Program-made: the position numbers and the translations under genes | Part shown: piece by piece, positions 63,263 to 64,000 of the stretch | Layout of the letters: each line of letters starts with the position of its first letter | How positions within the stretch are numbered: position 1 is the first letter of the stretch | Assembly: GCA_963765495.1 (NCBI GenBank) | Contig: CAVXWP010000010.1 | Coordinates: forward strand, 1 to 64,000 | Source of the DNA: Blastocatellia bacterium | Lineage (GTDB): Bacteria; Acidobacteriota; Blastocatellia; UBA7656 | DNA: 64,000 bases | Direction: 5' to 3' | The notes under the pieces: model-generated | The model's database searches: none | What the model was told of the DNA's origin: nothing | What the model saw: only the letters and a program-made list of their open reading frames with translations

Positions 63263-64000
63263 TTCCCGAAAAGCCGGCCAGCGCAATGACTATCGCGTCA
63301 ATGTCGCCGCGAACCGGAGAGGTGCGATCCGAGTTGTAGTAATTGTTTAGAAGGATGGAAAAAGCCAGATGCTCTCCGGCTGCCGTCGCCACGTAGCCCG
63401 AAAGCGTATAGACATAGCTGAGCGAACCGGTTTTGGCTCTGACATTTCCTTCCGCCGGAGTCCCGTTCATTCGATTCTTCAAGGTGCCGTCTATCCCTGC
63501 GATGGGCAGCGCATCGCGAAAAGCCTCGGCAGCTTTATGACGATTCATAAAGCTGAGCAATCCGACCGTGGCATCAGGCGTTATCATATCGCGTCTCGAC
63601 AGGCCGGAACCTTCTTCGAGCACGACATCCCCCTTCTTTACTCCGACCTCTGACAAAAAGGCATTCATCGCCTCGATGCCCGCCTCTTCCGTAGTCTTTC
63701 CCGGTTGATCGTTTTGAGCACTCGCGGACTCCGGGCTCTGCGCCGCGTTTGCTCCGACTGTCAGCAACAGCAATTGCGCCCACAGATTTTGTGAAGGCTT
63801 GAGCGTCTCGCGGATCAAATCTTTGACCGGGAGCGATTGAACCGAGCCGAGATCAACCAGCTTCTTGAAATCAATCGGCGTGACTTCGCGGTAATGCCAG
63901 TCGAGCGTGCGAGTCCTCCCGGTTACGATTATTCCGCGTCGGGCGAGCGCCTCCTTAAACAGTGACGCAAACAGACCGGCAGGATTATGCACAGCCACAT
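63249..64000 (-). CDS. dacB: D-alanyl-D-alanine carboxypeptidase/endopeptidase (PBP4, S13), 3' part only
   Basis: SQN, GSGLSR, DGTL, AKTG, LSGY motifs; runs off the window edge. Confidence 0.9.
   Translation of the reverse strand, partial: VAVHNPAGLFASLFKEALARRGIIVTGRTRTLDWHYREVTPIDFKKLVDLGSVQSLPVKDLIRETLKPSQNLWAQLLLLTVGANAAQSPESASAQNDQPGKTTEEAGIEAMNAFLSEVGVKKGDVVLEEGSGLSRRDMITPDATVGLLSFMNRHKAAEAFRDALPIAGIDGTLKNRMNGTPAEGNVRAKTGSLSYVYTLSGYVATAAGEHLAFSILLNNYYNSDRTSPVRGDIDAIVIALAGFSGSSRQ

Overview
Bacterial chromosomal window, probably Acidobacteriota/Blastocatellia (inferred from an Oar-type TonB receptor, an acidobacterial VWA protein and a wHTH-TolB-TPR regulator). Positions 1-~13200 are the right part of an integrative element inserted at the 3' end of tRNA-Asp; its left end is outside the window. 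The element carries: an IS66 with a second IS nested inside it (both with TIRs and target duplications); a hidden Cys-rich microprotein gene; a CARF/RtcR-like sigma54 activator; and a tightly coupled operon. That operon encodes a membrane protein, a VWA lipoprotein, an SH3-HExxH lipoprotein, a small membrane protein, a VirD4-like ATPase, a Zn-ribbon protein and a Replic_Relax relaxase, followed by xis and a tyrosine integrase. No VirB4 is visible. Many island genes are broken by 1-2 nt frameshifts, whereas core genes look intact. Positions ~13200-64000 are core chromosome: tRNA-Asp/Val, M4 peptidase, TonB receptor, VIT-VWA, glnS-gltX, a BcsE-like ATPase-REC-GGDEF* protein, paaK-like ligase, radical SAM, amidase, aceE-aceF-lpdA, xth, a sigma54-driven stress cluster, a two-component cluster, PilZ, a large Ig-repeat metalloprotease and dacB. 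Intergenic DNA carries CAGGG-ended MITEs with target duplications and several repeat-armed inverted repeats. All family calls are from motif recognition; no database search was run.
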